A stretch of DNA of 64,000 nt from Chitinophaga pinensis (GTDB lineage Bacteria; Bacteroidota; Bacteroidia; CAMBQF01). The number at the start of each line of letters is the position of its first letter. Position 1 is the first letter of the stretch. Under the pieces are notes generated by a model. It had not been told where the DNA came from and searched no databases. It saw only the letters and a program-made list of their open reading frames with translations. A program made the position numbers and the translations under genes. Below are positions 38,576 to 49,206 of this stretch, one piece after another. Location: assembly GCA_945869825.1 (NCBI GenBank), contig CAMBQF010000001.1, positions 18,372 to 82,371 of the forward strand, given 5' to 3'.

Positions 38576-40087
38576 TTAGTTTTTCTCTAAAGAAAGCACC
38601 TCTTCCAACATAACACGGTCGTTGTTTAAGCGGGGTACTTTGTGCTGCCCACCCAGTTTGCCTTTAAACTTAAGCCAGTTGTAGAACGTTCCCTCGGGCA
38701 TTACGCGGACAATAGGGTCTTTCAGGGCCATATCTTTATAGCGCTTAGCCTCGTAGTCAGAGTTTACAGACTTTAAAGCGTTATCTAAACACTCACCAAA
38801 ATATTCGGGATTTTCCGGGTGCTTTTCAAACTCAATCAACCACTCGTGCGCACCACTTCCATGGTCGCCCATAAACACGGGGGCGGCAGTATATTCACGA
38901 ATAATAGCCCCTGTTTTTTGGCAGGCAACCGCCAGGGCTTTGTCGGCATTATCCACCATCAGCTCTTCGCCAAAGGCATTGATAAAGCTTTTGGTGCGGC
39001 CCGTTATTTTTATCCGGTAAGGGCTAAGCGATGTAAACATAATGGTATCGCCAATTTTGTAGCGCCACAAACCCGCGTTGGTGGTAATAATAAGGGCATA
39101 GTTGGTATTCAGTTTCACCTCGTGCAGTTGCAGGGTTTTAGGATTATCGCTGGTCAGCTCTTCCATAGGCATAAACTCATAGTACACGCCATAGTCCAGC
39201 ATCAGCAGCAAATCGCCGTTTTTTGTAGTATCCTGTATGCCAAAAAACCCTTCCGATGCATTGTAGGTTTCCAGGTAGTTCATCCCCTCAGGAATTAGCT
39301 TTTTAAACTGCTCGCGGTAGGGGTTAAAGTTTATACCCCCGTGAAAGAATACTTCTAGGTTGGGCCAAACTTCATTTATATTGCTTTTGCCGCTTTTTTC
39401 CAGCACATATTTCAGCAATACCAGCGTCCACGATGGTACACCGGCAATGTTGGTTACATCCTCGTTTATAGTAGCGTTAGATATGGCGTCAATCTTGCTC
39501 TCCCACTCATCCATAAGGGCTATTGAAAGGTCGGGCGTGCGGATGATGTGCACCCAAAATGGCAGGTTCTCCATAAGGATAGCCGATAAATCGCCGTAGT
39601 AGCTAGAGTTTTCAAACTCGCCCATCTGGTGTGTACCGCCAAGAGTAAGGCCTTTTCCACTAAATATATTGGTTTCGGGGTAGTTGTTGCAATAGATGGA
39701 AAGCATGTCTTTGCCGCCTTTAAAATGGCATTCGGCAAGGCTTTCGGCACTTACGGGTATAAACTTGCTTTTATCGCCGGTGGTGCCGCTGCTTTTGGCA
39801 AACCACTTAATATCGGTAGGCCAAAAAACATTTTGCTCGCCCAGGCGCACACGCTCTATATCATCGCGTATATCATCGTAATTGCTAACGGGTACACGGT
39901 TTTTAAAATCGTCGACAGATACAATACTTTTATAATCGTAACGCTGGCCCCAATTGGTATCGCGCCCCGCCTCCATCAGTTTTTTAAACCAATCGGCCTG
40001 CACATCGTGCGGGTATTTCATAAACAGCTCCATCTGGTGGATGCGCTGTTTCATTATCCAAGCTACTACAGAGTTTAATAAGCCCAT
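38576..40087 (-). CDS. GH3 auxin-responsive promoter family protein (acyl-adenylate-forming superfamily)
   Basis: N-terminal region and SSGTTGDKSKFIPV adenylation motif typical of bacterial GH3-family proteins. Confidence 0.65.
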   Translation of the reverse strand: MGLLNSVVAWIMKQRIHQMELFMKYPHDVQADWFKKLMEAGRDTNWGQRYDYKSIVSVDDFKNRVPVSNYDDIRDDIERVRLGEQNVFWPTDIKWFAKSSGTTGDKSKFIPVSAESLAECHFKGGKDMLSIYCNNYPETNIFSGKGLTLGGTHQMGEFENSSYYGDLSAILMENLPFWVHIIRTPDLSIALMDEWESKIDAISNATINEDVTNIAGVPSWTLVLLKYVLEKSGKSNINEVWPNLEVFFHGGINFNPYREQFKKLIPEGMNYLETYNASEGFFGIQDTTKNGDLLLMLDYGVYYEFMPMEELTSDNPKTLQLHEVKLNTNYALIITTNAGLWRYKIGDTIMFTSLSPYRIKITGRTKSFINAFGEELMVDNADKALAVACQKTGAIIREYTAAPVFMGDHGSGAHEWLIEFEKHPENPEYFGECLDNALKSVNSDYEAKRYKDMALKDPIVRVMPEGTFYNWLKFKGKLGGQHKVPRLNNDRVMLEEVLSLEKN

Positions 40088-40278
40088 GCGGCAAATATAG
40101 TTTTATAGGGGATAGGGGGTAGCGCATAGGGGATAGAAATTATCTCTGAATGAATACTTCGCCCAATACTTTAAGAGTTAATATTGCGGGTTTCTTACTT
40201 ACATAAATAGCGTATAACAATAATTTGTTGGGTGTTGACGTTTAATATTTTTGTATATTTGAAATTAGATTTTGTAGC

Positions 40279-41118
40279 ATGAAAAAGTTTTTGCCATTAG
40301 TAGCTGCCGTTTTGCTTTTTGCAGCCTGCGATAAAATAGAAGGCCCATACTCTGAAAAGCCCACGGGCAACGGTAACGATACAGGTGCTGTGCGCCGTAT
40401 TTTGATAGAAGATTTTACCGGTCAAAAGTGTGGCAACTGTCCACGCGCTGCCGAAACTATAGAAAGCCTTCACAATATTTATGGTGCGCAGATTGTTAGC
40501 TATGGCGTGCATGCAGGCTTTTTTGCCGAGCCTAATGTAGCAGGCAGCAAATTTTTGACTGATTATCGCACCCCCGTTGGCGATGAGCTGGACCAGTTTT
40601 TTGGTAACAGCGCGGCAGGCCTGCCTAATGGCATGGTAAACCGTGTGCAAAATGGTGGCAACTATATACAAAGCTATAGCAATTGGGGCACTGTGTTAGG
40701 TCAGCTAATAAACGCGGCACCAGATGCTAAAATAAAAATTACCAATAGCTACAATGCTGCTACCCGCCAGGTAAACACTACGGTAAACACCACCATTCTT
40801 AACGATTTATCAGGCAACTACAAGCTATGTGTTTATGTTACTGAAGACAGCATTGTAAGCTGGCAAAAAGACTACCAGCTTAGCCCACAGGATATTGAAT
40901 TTTATACTCACCGCCATTTGCTGCGCGGGTCTATGAATACCACCTGGGGTACAGCAGTTGGCAGCGGCAGCCTTGTTGCCGGCGATGCCTTTGCTGGCAA
41001 CTTTAGCATGACACTTGATGCCGGCTGGAATGATGCCCATTGCAGTGTGGTGGCTTACCTGTACAATACAGCTACTAAAGAAGTGGTGCAGGTAGAAGAA
41101 AAAAAGATTACACAATAA
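40279..41118 (+). CDS. lipoprotein with thioredoxin-like CxxC motif (Omp28-related family, tentative)
   Basis: Lipoprotein signal (LLFAACD); CGNC motif. Confidence 0.4.
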   Translation: MKKFLPLVAAVLLFAACDKIEGPYSEKPTGNGNDTGAVRRILIEDFTGQKCGNCPRAAETIESLHNIYGAQIVSYGVHAGFFAEPNVAGSKFLTDYRTPVGDELDQFFGNSAAGLPNGMVNRVQNGGNYIQSYSNWGTVLGQLINAAPDAKIKITNSYNAATRQVNTTVNTTILNDLSGNYKLCVYVTEDSIVSWQKDYQLSPQDIEFYTHRHLLRGSMNTTWGTAVGSGSLVAGDAFAGNFSMTLDAGWNDAHCSVVAYLYNTATKEVVQVEEKKITQ

Positions 41119-41122
41119 GCAA

Positions 41123-41740
41123 ATGAGGTTTTTTTTAGTTGTCTGCTGTTTGTTGCTAAGTCTTTTGCTTAGTGGCCAAAGCCGCTTTGGCGGCGGTGCG
41201 TCTTTAGGTTTTACCACCAGCCAGATAACCGGAGACAACCTTACGGGCTTTAACCGTCCGGGTGTTATGGCAGGCGTTTTTGGCACCTATGCCTTTAACC
41301 AGAAAAACTGGTTTGTGGGCGAACTTAATTTTATTCAAAAAGGCAGCTACCAAGGGCCGCGTAAAGATGGTTTTACCAAATACAGCCTTTGCCTAAACTA
41401 TGTTGAGTTGCCATTGCTGTATAGGTTTATGCCACTGGGCAACCACTTTTTGTTTGAGGTAGGTCCCACTTTAGGATATTTGGTAAACTATACCGAACGC
41501 AGCGAACTGGGCGATATAAACCAGGTGGTAAAATTTAGAAAGTATGAACTGGGCATATTGGGCGGCATAAACTATAAAATTGGTAACGGCTGGTTGGTCA
41601 ACTTTAGGGCACAACAATCGGTACTGGCGGTAAGGCCGCACCAGGGCGATGCCACATTCAGGCTAAACGCAGGGCAGTATAATATTTTGCTAAGCCTAAA
41701 CCTGCGTTACGATTTTGGCCTGCGCACCAAAACAGAATAG
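41123..41740 (+). CDS. small outer-membrane beta-barrel protein (OmpW/porin-like)
   Basis: Signal peptide; 8-strand-like beta periodicity; C-terminal aromatic region. Confidence 0.45.
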   Translation: MRFFLVVCCLLLSLLLSGQSRFGGGASLGFTTSQITGDNLTGFNRPGVMAGVFGTYAFNQKNWFVGELNFIQKGSYQGPRKDGFTKYSLCLNYVELPLLYRFMPLGNHFLFEVGPTLGYLVNYTERSELGDINQVVKFRKYELGILGGINYKIGNGWLVNFRAQQSVLAVRPHQGDATFRLNAGQYNILLSLNLRYDFGLRTKTE

Positions 41741-41764
41741 GCAGTTGCCTGTTTGTATATCAAC

Positions 41765-42325
41765 ATGAAGAAACGTATTGCTATAGCCGTAACAGGAGCC
41801 AGTGGTTCTATTTACGCCAAAGTGTTGTTTGATAAGCTGATAAAACTGGGAGACCAGGTTGATGAGGTAGGTGTGGTAATGAGCAAAAACGCCAAAGATG
41901 TATGGCAGTATGAGCTTGGCAATACCGACTATGATAAAACCCCATTTAAGTTTTTTGAAAAGACCGATTTTTTTGCCCCATTTGCGTCGGGCTCATCAAG
42001 CTATAGTGCATTAATTATTTGCCCATGCTCTATGGGCACATTGGGAAGGATAGCCGCAGGGGTGTCTGACGATTTGGTTACCCGCGCTGCCGATGTAATG
42101 CTGAAAGAACGCCGCCGCCTGCTTATGGTAATACGCGATACGCCGTACAACCTTATCCACATAAACAATATGAAAACGCTAACCGAAGCAGGAGGTATTA
42201 TTTGCCCTGCATCGCCATCGTTTTACAGCAGGCCACAAAGCTTTGAAGAGCTGGCCAGCACCGTGGTAGACCGTGTTATAGACCTTGCCGGGTTGAAGCA
42301 GGATACCTACAGGTGGAGCGAGTAG
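41765..42325 (+). CDS. ubiX: UbiX-family flavin prenyltransferase
   Basis: MKKRIAIAVTGASGSIYA flavoprotein motif; ~190 aa. Confidence 0.8.
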   Translation: MKKRIAIAVTGASGSIYAKVLFDKLIKLGDQVDEVGVVMSKNAKDVWQYELGNTDYDKTPFKFFEKTDFFAPFASGSSSYSALIICPCSMGTLGRIAAGVSDDLVTRAADVMLKERRRLLMVIRDTPYNLIHINNMKTLTEAGGIICPASPSFYSRPQSFEELASTVVDRVIDLAGLKQDTYRWSE

Positions 42326-42361
42326 GCCCCCATTCTATAATTTTCTTCTATATTTGGGTTA

Positions 42362-42706
42362 ATGAAAACCTATACACCCATAGTTTTAGCGCTGGTGTTT
42401 GCCACAACAGTTTTAACTTTTAGCGCCTGCCATAACAAGAATAAAGATGTTATAGTTAAGAAAAACTATACTGAATTTAAGGTAGAACGTGGTGTGCTGG
42501 TAGATAACTCTACTTTAGACGGTTGTAAGTGGATGATAAAGCTTGATAACGGCGCCATGCTTAACCCTACCAATTTGGATGCTATGGCCGGAGATAAACT
42601 AGTTGATGGCCGCAGGGTTGCTATACAATATGATGTGATGGATGGCGTTATGACAACTTGCATGAGTGGCAAGGTAGTTAACTTAACTTTTTTGAAAATA
42701 GACTAA
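42362..42706 (+). CDS. hypothetical lipoprotein
   Basis: Signal peptide + Cys (TFSAC). Confidence 0.35.
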   Translation: MKTYTPIVLALVFATTVLTFSACHNKNKDVIVKKNYTEFKVERGVLVDNSTLDGCKWMIKLDNGAMLNPTNLDAMAGDKLVDGRRVAIQYDVMDGVMTTCMSGKVVNLTFLKID

Positions 42707-42710
42707 AACC

Positions 42711-43202
42711 ATGGCCGAAGATAAATTTAAAACATCGTTAGAAGAGGGTAACCACCATATGCTAAACCAACTGGCAGGGCAATGGGCAGGCAATACCAAA
42801 GTATGGTTTGAACCTGGTAAAATAGGCGATGAAAGCACCTACGAAGGTTCTATAAAACCCATTTTAGGCGGTCGCTTTGTGTTGCTGGAATACACAGGCA
42901 GCTTTATGGGCAAGCCTACAGAAGGTATGATGTGGATTGGCTTTAACATTGCCGAACAAAAATATCAAAGTGCATGGATTGATACTGGCCATATGGGTAC
43001 GGGCATTATGCTGTCTGAAGGCGATAACGGCCCTGCCTTTAATGTGTTGGGCAGCTATGGCTACCTGGGCATGGAGCACCGTTGGGGCTGGCGCACAACC
43101 ATAGAGCTTAAAGATGCCAATACGCTGGTAATAACCGCATATAACATAGAACACGGTCAAACTGAACAGCTTGCGCTTGAAACTGTTTATACCCGCAGGT
43201 AG
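42711..43202 (+). CDS. DUF1579-like protein (hypothetical)
   Basis: sequence resemblance only (LAGQWAGNTKVWFEPG...). Confidence 0.35.
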   Translation: MAEDKFKTSLEEGNHHMLNQLAGQWAGNTKVWFEPGKIGDESTYEGSIKPILGGRFVLLEYTGSFMGKPTEGMMWIGFNIAEQKYQSAWIDTGHMGTGIMLSEGDNGPAFNVLGSYGYLGMEHRWGWRTTIELKDANTLVITAYNIEHGQTEQLALETVYTRR

Positions 43203-43302
43203 TTTTAAAACCACGTATGTTGATATACGGGCAACATAACGTATTAAATAAGGCAAGGTAATTGTACTTTTACGCTAATTAAACACCAACAGGCACTATA
43301 CG

Positions 43303-44418
43303 TTGAAAAAGCTATCGCTGGGAAATAAAATAATGCTCTTTCTCAACATAGCAGCGGCTATAGCGCTATTACTATCTTATTTAGCAGCCCGCTACAGCCC
43401 CGCCGACTATTGGCTTTTGGCATTTTTTGGCCTGGGCTACCCCGTTATTTTACTGGTAAACATATTATTTGTGCTGTATTGGTCGGTATTTCTGCGTGCG
43501 CAGGTGCTTATATCGCTTATTACTATATTGATAGGGTTTAGAACCTTTGATAATTTTTACCACGTACAAATTTTTAGTAATAAAAAAACCCAGGCCGAAC
43601 TGGCCGAGCAGCCCGATTCGGTATACAAAATAATGTCGTACAACGTGCGGTTGTTCGATTTGTATAACTGGACCAAAAATACCAAAACCCGCGACCAGAT
43701 ATTTAAGTTGCTGGCAGAAGAATCGCCGGATATTGTGTGTTTTCAAGAGTTTTATTACGAGGATGGGGGCACGTTTAACTCGCTTGATACCATGCAGGGC
43801 TTTATGAAAGCCAAAAACCTGCATGTAGAAATTACCAATACGGTGCAAAAAACCAACCACTTTGGGCTGGCTACGTTTACCCGCTTCCCCATACTTAACC
43901 AAGGCAAAATAACGTTTGATAAAACATCGAATCGGTGTATTTATACTGATATGTTGATAGGGGGCGATACGGTAAGGGTGTACAATATGCACCTGCAATC
44001 TATCCGCTTTGGTAAGGAGGATTACAAGTTTATAGAAGACCTGTCGAACGATAAGCAGGTGGATGAGCTAGAGGGCGCCAAAAACCTTTTATCGCGCATG
44101 AAGAGGGCTTTTATACGCCGGGCGTGGCAGGCCGAGGTTATATCATCGCACATACGGAACTGCCCTTATAAAGTAATGGTGTGTGGCGATTTTAACGACC
44201 CTCCTACATCATACACCTATACCACCATTACACATGGCCTTTATGATGCGTTTAAAATTAGCGGCTCGGGTCTTGGGCGTACGTTTATAGACAGGTTTCC
44301 ATCATTCCGCATAGATTATATTTTGCATAGCAAAGACATTAAGAGCGCCGACTTTGAAACCATTGCCCGCGAGCTTAGCGACCATTACCCTATTACGTGT
44401 TCGTTTAAGGTGCGGTAG
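43303..44418 (+). CDS. endonuclease/exonuclease/phosphatase (EEP) family protein, membrane-anchored
   Basis: N-terminal TM helices; MSYNVRLFD, VCGDFND, LSDHYPI EEP motifs. Confidence 0.65.
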   Translation: MKKLSLGNKIMLFLNIAAAIALLLSYLAARYSPADYWLLAFFGLGYPVILLVNILFVLYWSVFLRAQVLISLITILIGFRTFDNFYHVQIFSNKKTQAELAEQPDSVYKIMSYNVRLFDLYNWTKNTKTRDQIFKLLAEESPDIVCFQEFYYEDGGTFNSLDTMQGFMKAKNLHVEITNTVQKTNHFGLATFTRFPILNQGKITFDKTSNRCIYTDMLIGGDTVRVYNMHLQSIRFGKEDYKFIEDLSNDKQVDELEGAKNLLSRMKRAFIRRAWQAEVISSHIRNCPYKVMVCGDFNDPPTSYTYTTITHGLYDAFKISGSGLGRTFIDRFPSFRIDYILHSKDIKSADFETIARELSDHYPITCSFKVR

Positions 44419-44421
44419 ATA

Positions 44422-44467
44422 ATGAACAGATAAAAAATGGACGCAGCAAACAGGATTGTTCATTTTT
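44422..44467 (+). terminator. hairpin + T6 terminator after EEP gene
   Basis: ATGAACA...TGTTCAT stem followed by TTTTTT. Confidence 0.35.
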
Positions 44468-44543
44468 TATCTTTTTAGTTTTTTAATTAAACCAAATGGG
44501 CAGGTGGTTGTTTATTTGCCCAAACTTATAAAGCACAAATACT

Positions 44544-45005
44544 ATGTCTAAACTTAAGGTAGGCGACAAAGCCCCTGAGATTAATGCGAACGACCATAAC
44601 GGCAAACCTTACTCGCTAAAAAATGCAAAGGGCAAAAAAGTGATATTATACTTTTACCCAAAAGATGATACCCCTGGCTGCACTGCAGAAGCTTGCAACT
44701 TTAGGGATAACTACGCTGCCCTGCAAAAGAAAGGTTTTGAAGTGGTTGGCGTAAGTGTGGATGATGAAAAGAAACACAACAAGTTTATTGATAAATACGA
44801 ATTGCCTTTTACCCTTATTGCCGATACCGACAAAAAGGTGGTACAAGACTATGGCGTATGGGGCCTTAAAAAGTTTATGGGCCGAGAGTATATGGGCACC
44901 AGCCGTGTAACCTTTATTATAGGCGAAGACGGTAAAATAGAACACATAATTGATAAGGTAGAAACCAAAAACAGCACCCAGCAGGTGTTAGATTTGGTTG
45001 GCTAG
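44544..45005 (+). CDS. bcp: thioredoxin-dependent thiol peroxidase (peroxiredoxin Q/BCP)
   Basis: YFYPKDDTPGCTAEACNFRD peroxiredoxin active site. Confidence 0.85.
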   Translation: MSKLKVGDKAPEINANDHNGKPYSLKNAKGKKVILYFYPKDDTPGCTAEACNFRDNYAALQKKGFEVVGVSVDDEKKHNKFIDKYELPFTLIADTDKKVVQDYGVWGLKKFMGREYMGTSRVTFIIGEDGKIEHIIDKVETKNSTQQVLDLVG

Positions 45006-46139
45006 TTTACCCACACCATTACTTAGCTGGCAATCGTAAAACGATGCCTGCAAACCGGTAGCCGCATTGTATTTTGCGGCTACTGTTGTTTTAAACAGTT
45101 CCATTTTAGGGGCATCAACCAGCGCTATTGCACAGCCGCCAAAGCCACCGCCCATCATACGGGCGGCAAGGCAGCCATCGGTTTGCATGGCGGCATTGTA
45201 CAGGCTGTCCAGCTCTATGCCCGTAACTTCATAATCGGTACGGAGCGATTGGTGCGAGCCCATTAGCTGCAAGGCGAATATGCTAAGGTTGTTGGTTTGC
45301 ATGGCATTGCAGGCCATAAGCACCCTGTTTTGTTCGGTAATGCAATGGGCGGCACGTTGTTTTAATATGCCGCTTAGTTCGGCTTGGGCTACATGCAAAG
45401 GCACTGCGCAAAGGTTGGCATAGTTATGCTCTTTGTTGATGATGGCCAGTGCCTCTTCGCACTCGGCTTTGCGTTGGTTATATGCCGAATGGATAAGTGA
45501 GCGCGGCTTGTTGGTGCTCATTATAACCAGTGTATAGTTGCCAAAATCAACGGGAATGTATTCATACTCCAGGGTTTCGCAATTTAGCTTAATGGCATGT
45601 CCTGCTTTGCCCATAGCCACGGCAAACTGGTCCATAATGCCGCAGTTCATCCCCACAAAATTGTTCTCTACCTGCTGGGCAAAAACGGCAATTTCCTCTT
45701 TAGTAAAGGTTGATATTCCAACTTCGGATAATAAGGCAAACAGCGTAAGCACCTCTACCGATGCGGACGATGAAAGGCCTGTGCCTATGGGCAAATTACT
45801 ATCAAACAATAAATTATACCCACCCAATTGAATGCCTTTTTGGCGAAGAAAATCAACACAGCCAATAACGTAGTTTGCCCAGGTATTCCCGGGGGTGTAA
45901 GTTTGCTCTTCGGCAGGGTTTATGGTAAAGGCCCCATCAAAGTTTTGCGACTGGATATTGATCAAGCTATCGGCTCGTTTGCTAATGTAAAGGGTGGTGC
46001 CTAAGCTAATGGCGGCTGGCAATACAAAGCCCCCGTTGTAGTCAATATGTTCGCCAATAAGGTTTATGCGGCCGGGGCAAAAATAGGTGTTGAAGGGCAG
46101 GCCTTTTTCTTCAAAACCTTTAACCAGACTATAAGACAT
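44988..46139 (-). CDS. galK: galactokinase
   Basis: PGRINLIGEHIDYNGG and GLSSSAS GHMP kinase motifs. Confidence 0.85.
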   Translation of the reverse strand: MSYSLVKGFEEKGLPFNTYFCPGRINLIGEHIDYNGGFVLPAAISLGTTLYISKRADSLINIQSQNFDGAFTINPAEEQTYTPGNTWANYVIGCVDFLRQKGIQLGGYNLLFDSNLPIGTGLSSSASVEVLTLFALLSEVGISTFTKEEIAVFAQQVENNFVGMNCGIMDQFAVAMGKAGHAIKLNCETLEYEYIPVDFGNYTLVIMSTNKPRSLIHSAYNQRKAECEEALAIINKEHNYANLCAVPLHVAQAELSGILKQRAAHCITEQNRVLMACNAMQTNNLSIFALQLMGSHQSLRTDYEVTGIELDSLYNAAMQTDGCLAARMMGGGFGGCAIALVDAPKMELFKTTVAAKYNAATGLQASFYDCQLSNGVGKLANQI

Positions 46140-47112
46140 TTTTAACTTCTTCTATTTTTTCGCGCAGCAAAGCGGCTGATTTTTCTAATGAATTGGGGTT
46201 TGTGGCAACGCCTACACCCATTTCTGACGAGGCATACCATTTAATTTTATCCTTATCGCGCAGGGGCGGGTAAAACTCTATATGAAAGCGGTAAAATTCG
46301 CGCGCAAACTCATCGCCACCTTTGTTTACCGGTGCCTGGTGGGTAACCATCATATAGGGGAATGGCCTGTCGTACACCTTGTCAAAAGCAGCGGTAATAA
46401 GCTTAAGCACTTCGGCCAGGCAGGCAACATGTTTAGGCGTAAAACCACTAAGGTTTACGGTTTGGTCTTTGGCTACTACAAATACCCCAAACGGATAATC
46501 AGTAAAGTAGGGCAGGTAAGCAATAAACAAATCATTTTCAAACAAAATGCGGCGGCCATCTTCGCGCTCTACCTTGGTAATAACATCAAAAAGGTTGTAC
46601 CCCTCGGTATGGAAATACTCTATGCAGTTTGATATTTCGAGCTCTATTTTTGGCGGCACCCAAGAGAAGGCATAGAGTTGGCCGTGGGGGTGGCTCATGG
46701 TAACACCTACCTCTTCGCCACGGTTTTCAAACGGAAAAACGTATTCTATTTTAGGGTCGGCGCTAAGGGCGTTGTTACGTTCTATCCACACATCAATAAT
46801 TTGGGCAATATGCGCTATGGTAAAGCTGCCAAAGGTGGCGTTGTGGCTAGGAGAGTAAAGTATTACCTCGGCCTTGCCATAGGCTTCTTTCTGTTTATAT
46901 AGGGGGTGTATGTAATACTCATCAACCGGCAAAGGATTTTCTTTAAGTACAGGAAAATCGTTGTCGTATACCAGAATGTTATAATTGTTGGGAACCTGCG
47001 CGCTACCGGGGCAAAAAGGGCACACACCTTTTGCCAGCGTAGGGCGGTTTTGCCTTGCTGCCGAGTGTATTACCCAGGTGTTTAGCAGTGGGTTATAGCG
47101 TAGTTCTGACAT
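46129..47112 (-). CDS. galT: galactose-1-phosphate uridylyltransferase
   Basis: CPFCPG zinc motif, HPHGQ active site region; overlaps galK start by 11 nt. Confidence 0.85.
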   Translation of the reverse strand: MSELRYNPLLNTWVIHSAARQNRPTLAKGVCPFCPGSAQVPNNYNILVYDNDFPVLKENPLPVDEYYIHPLYKQKEAYGKAEVILYSPSHNATFGSFTIAHIAQIIDVWIERNNALSADPKIEYVFPFENRGEEVGVTMSHPHGQLYAFSWVPPKIELEISNCIEYFHTEGYNLFDVITKVEREDGRRILFENDLFIAYLPYFTDYPFGVFVVAKDQTVNLSGFTPKHVACLAEVLKLITAAFDKVYDRPFPYMMVTHQAPVNKGGDEFAREFYRFHIEFYPPLRDKDKIKWYASSEMGVGVATNPNSLEKSAALLREKIEEVKNVL

Positions 47113-47163
47113 GGTTACAAATATAGTGGATAGCAGGTATTGAAAAAGTAATTATAAAGCTAA

Positions 47164-47574
47164 TTACGCGGCTACGGAGTCGCCAAAAATTTCGGCAAGC
47201 CTGGCCAAAGTCATGGGCTTTGCCATATAGTTTTTTACCAGGCCTGTTGCCATGGCGCGCTTAACGTCACGGTCGTCGGGCGATGAACTAACCATATATA
47301 TAATTACTTCTGCAGAAAGTGTGGGTTGTAGCTTTTCAAACTCATGTAAAAAATCCCACCCATCCATAACAGGCATATTAATATCCAGTAAAACAATTTG
47401 GGGCATGCCAAGGCCCGATACATTGGCATCTTTTAAGGCCTGTAGTGCATCAGCACCATTTGAGAACGAAATAACCTGATTGCAAAAACTGCGTAGGGCA
47501 ATCAGCTTTTTAATGCTGTATACATATATTGAATCATCATCAATAATGTAAGCCGTAGAGGCTATATCCATCAC
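47164..47574 (-). CDS. response regulator (receiver domain only)
   Basis: LLDINMPVMDGWDFL phospho-acceptor region; 136 aa. Confidence 0.7.
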   Translation of the reverse strand: MMDIASTAYIIDDDSIYVYSIKKLIALRSFCNQVISFSNGADALQALKDANVSGLGMPQIVLLDINMPVMDGWDFLHEFEKLQPTLSAEVIIYMVSSSPDDRDVKRAMATGLVKNYMAKPMTLARLAEIFGDSVAA

Positions 47575-47583
47575 AAAAAACAG

Positions 47584-49056
47584 CTAAAAAATAATTTTAA
47601 AAGTGGTACCCACGTTGGGTTCGCTTGATACTTTTATTTCTCCCCCCAGCGCCTCTACTTGATTTTTGGTAATAAACAAGCCAACCCCACGAGCATCGGG
47701 GTTGCCATGAAAGGTGTTGTACATACCAAACAACCTTTGGCCATATTTCTCCAGGTCTATACCGCGGCCATTATCTTTAATGATAAGTGTTGGCCGTCCA
47801 TCTTCTATATTGGTAATAATGTGAATAAACGGAGGCCTTTCGGGATGGCGGTACTTTATGGCGTTTGTGGTAAAGTTGAGCAAAATACTCTCCAGGTAAG
47901 GAGGCACCGACTCTATTGATTTACAATTAGAAAAATCAGTAATAATAGTGGTTTGTGTGGTTTGTATATCGTTTTGCAAAACGGTTACTATTTTTGAATA
48001 TACCTTGTCAAAATCTAACTTACTGCGGGTTAATTTTTGGCTGGTTTGTATTTGTACAATCTGGTTAAGGTTGGTAATGGTTTCGTACAGGGTATGGCCC
48101 AGCCTTTTAATGTAGCCTGTCATTTCAACCCGTTCTTCTTCTGTATCGGCATCTTCCAGTATTTCTGTAACCTTAATAAGGTTGCCGCTATGAGAGCGCA
48201 GGTTGTGGGTAACAATATGGGCAAAGTTTAGCAGGCGCTTGTTTTGCTCTTCAATAGTAGCATAGCTTTTGCGCAACTCTTCTTCTTTTTGCTTACGTTC
48301 TGTAATATCCTGTGTTACGCCCCTAACGCAAATAGTATTGCCATCTTTATCTAAAACAGGTTCGGCTCTTGCATATACCCATTTAACAGTACCATCGGCC
48401 AAAATAAGCCTGTGTTCCGTTTCACAAATTTTGCCATGGTAAAAACATTCTTCCAGCTTTGTAGTTATTTCGGCCCTTTCTTCTTCAGGAATCATTTCAT
48501 GCCTTATTTTAGCCGTAGGCAGGTTACCTTTTTCAAAGCCAAATATCTCATAGCCAGCATCACTCATATAAGAGGCATCGCAACCAGGGGTAAACTCCCA
48601 GGCGGCAATTTTTGCGATTTTTCCAGATTCGTTCAACAAATACTCAGACCGCTCCAACTCTTTACGAAGGGTAATTTTAGAGTGCCTATCGATAATAACA
48701 CCCGACATGTGGATGGCTTTGCCATTAATATCTCGCCTGGCAGAGCCAGAAGTTTCGAACCACTTATACTCCCCACCTTTGGTTTTAAGCCTTATTTCTA
48801 AAATGTAAGGGGTATTGTATTCAATATGGGCCTTAATGGCTTGTTGGATAGGCGCTCTGTCATCTGGGTGTACCAACCCATCTACAAAAGTCCCGAATGA
48901 AGGTTCAACCTCGTCGGGTTCGTAGCCCAACAACTCGTAATAGCTTGAAGACCACCAGGCTTTGCCTGTTTCAATATCCCAATCCCACACACCTGCAACA
49001 ACCCCCTTGGTAATAAGTGCTAATACGTCTTCTTTGTCGTATTGGATTGTATTCAT
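47584..49056 (-). CDS. PAS-domain sensor histidine kinase (cytoplasmic)
   Basis: Two PAS-like segments, HisKA H-box (AHIVTHNLRSH), HATPase_c (DNGRGID...GVGL). Confidence 0.75.
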   Translation of the reverse strand: MNTIQYDKEDVLALITKGVVAGVWDWDIETGKAWWSSSYYELLGYEPDEVEPSFGTFVDGLVHPDDRAPIQQAIKAHIEYNTPYILEIRLKTKGGEYKWFETSGSARRDINGKAIHMSGVIIDRHSKITLRKELERSEYLLNESGKIAKIAAWEFTPGCDASYMSDAGYEIFGFEKGNLPTAKIRHEMIPEEERAEITTKLEECFYHGKICETEHRLILADGTVKWVYARAEPVLDKDGNTICVRGVTQDITERKQKEEELRKSYATIEEQNKRLLNFAHIVTHNLRSHSGNLIKVTEILEDADTEEERVEMTGYIKRLGHTLYETITNLNQIVQIQTSQKLTRSKLDFDKVYSKIVTVLQNDIQTTQTTIITDFSNCKSIESVPPYLESILLNFTTNAIKYRHPERPPFIHIITNIEDGRPTLIIKDNGRGIDLEKYGQRLFGMYNTFHGNPDARGVGLFITKNQVEALGGEIKVSSEPNVGTTFKIIF

Positions 49057-49206
49057 TTAGAGTAAATTATATCGATTATATAGCAATAACAAAAATATAA
49101 GAGTTTTCCGAAATAAAAAACCTTGTTGTTTTTAAAAAATCAGAAAACAAGGGTCTTGAATGGCGTATGCAAAATATTATCTATCATTGCAATAAACCCC
49201 AAAAAG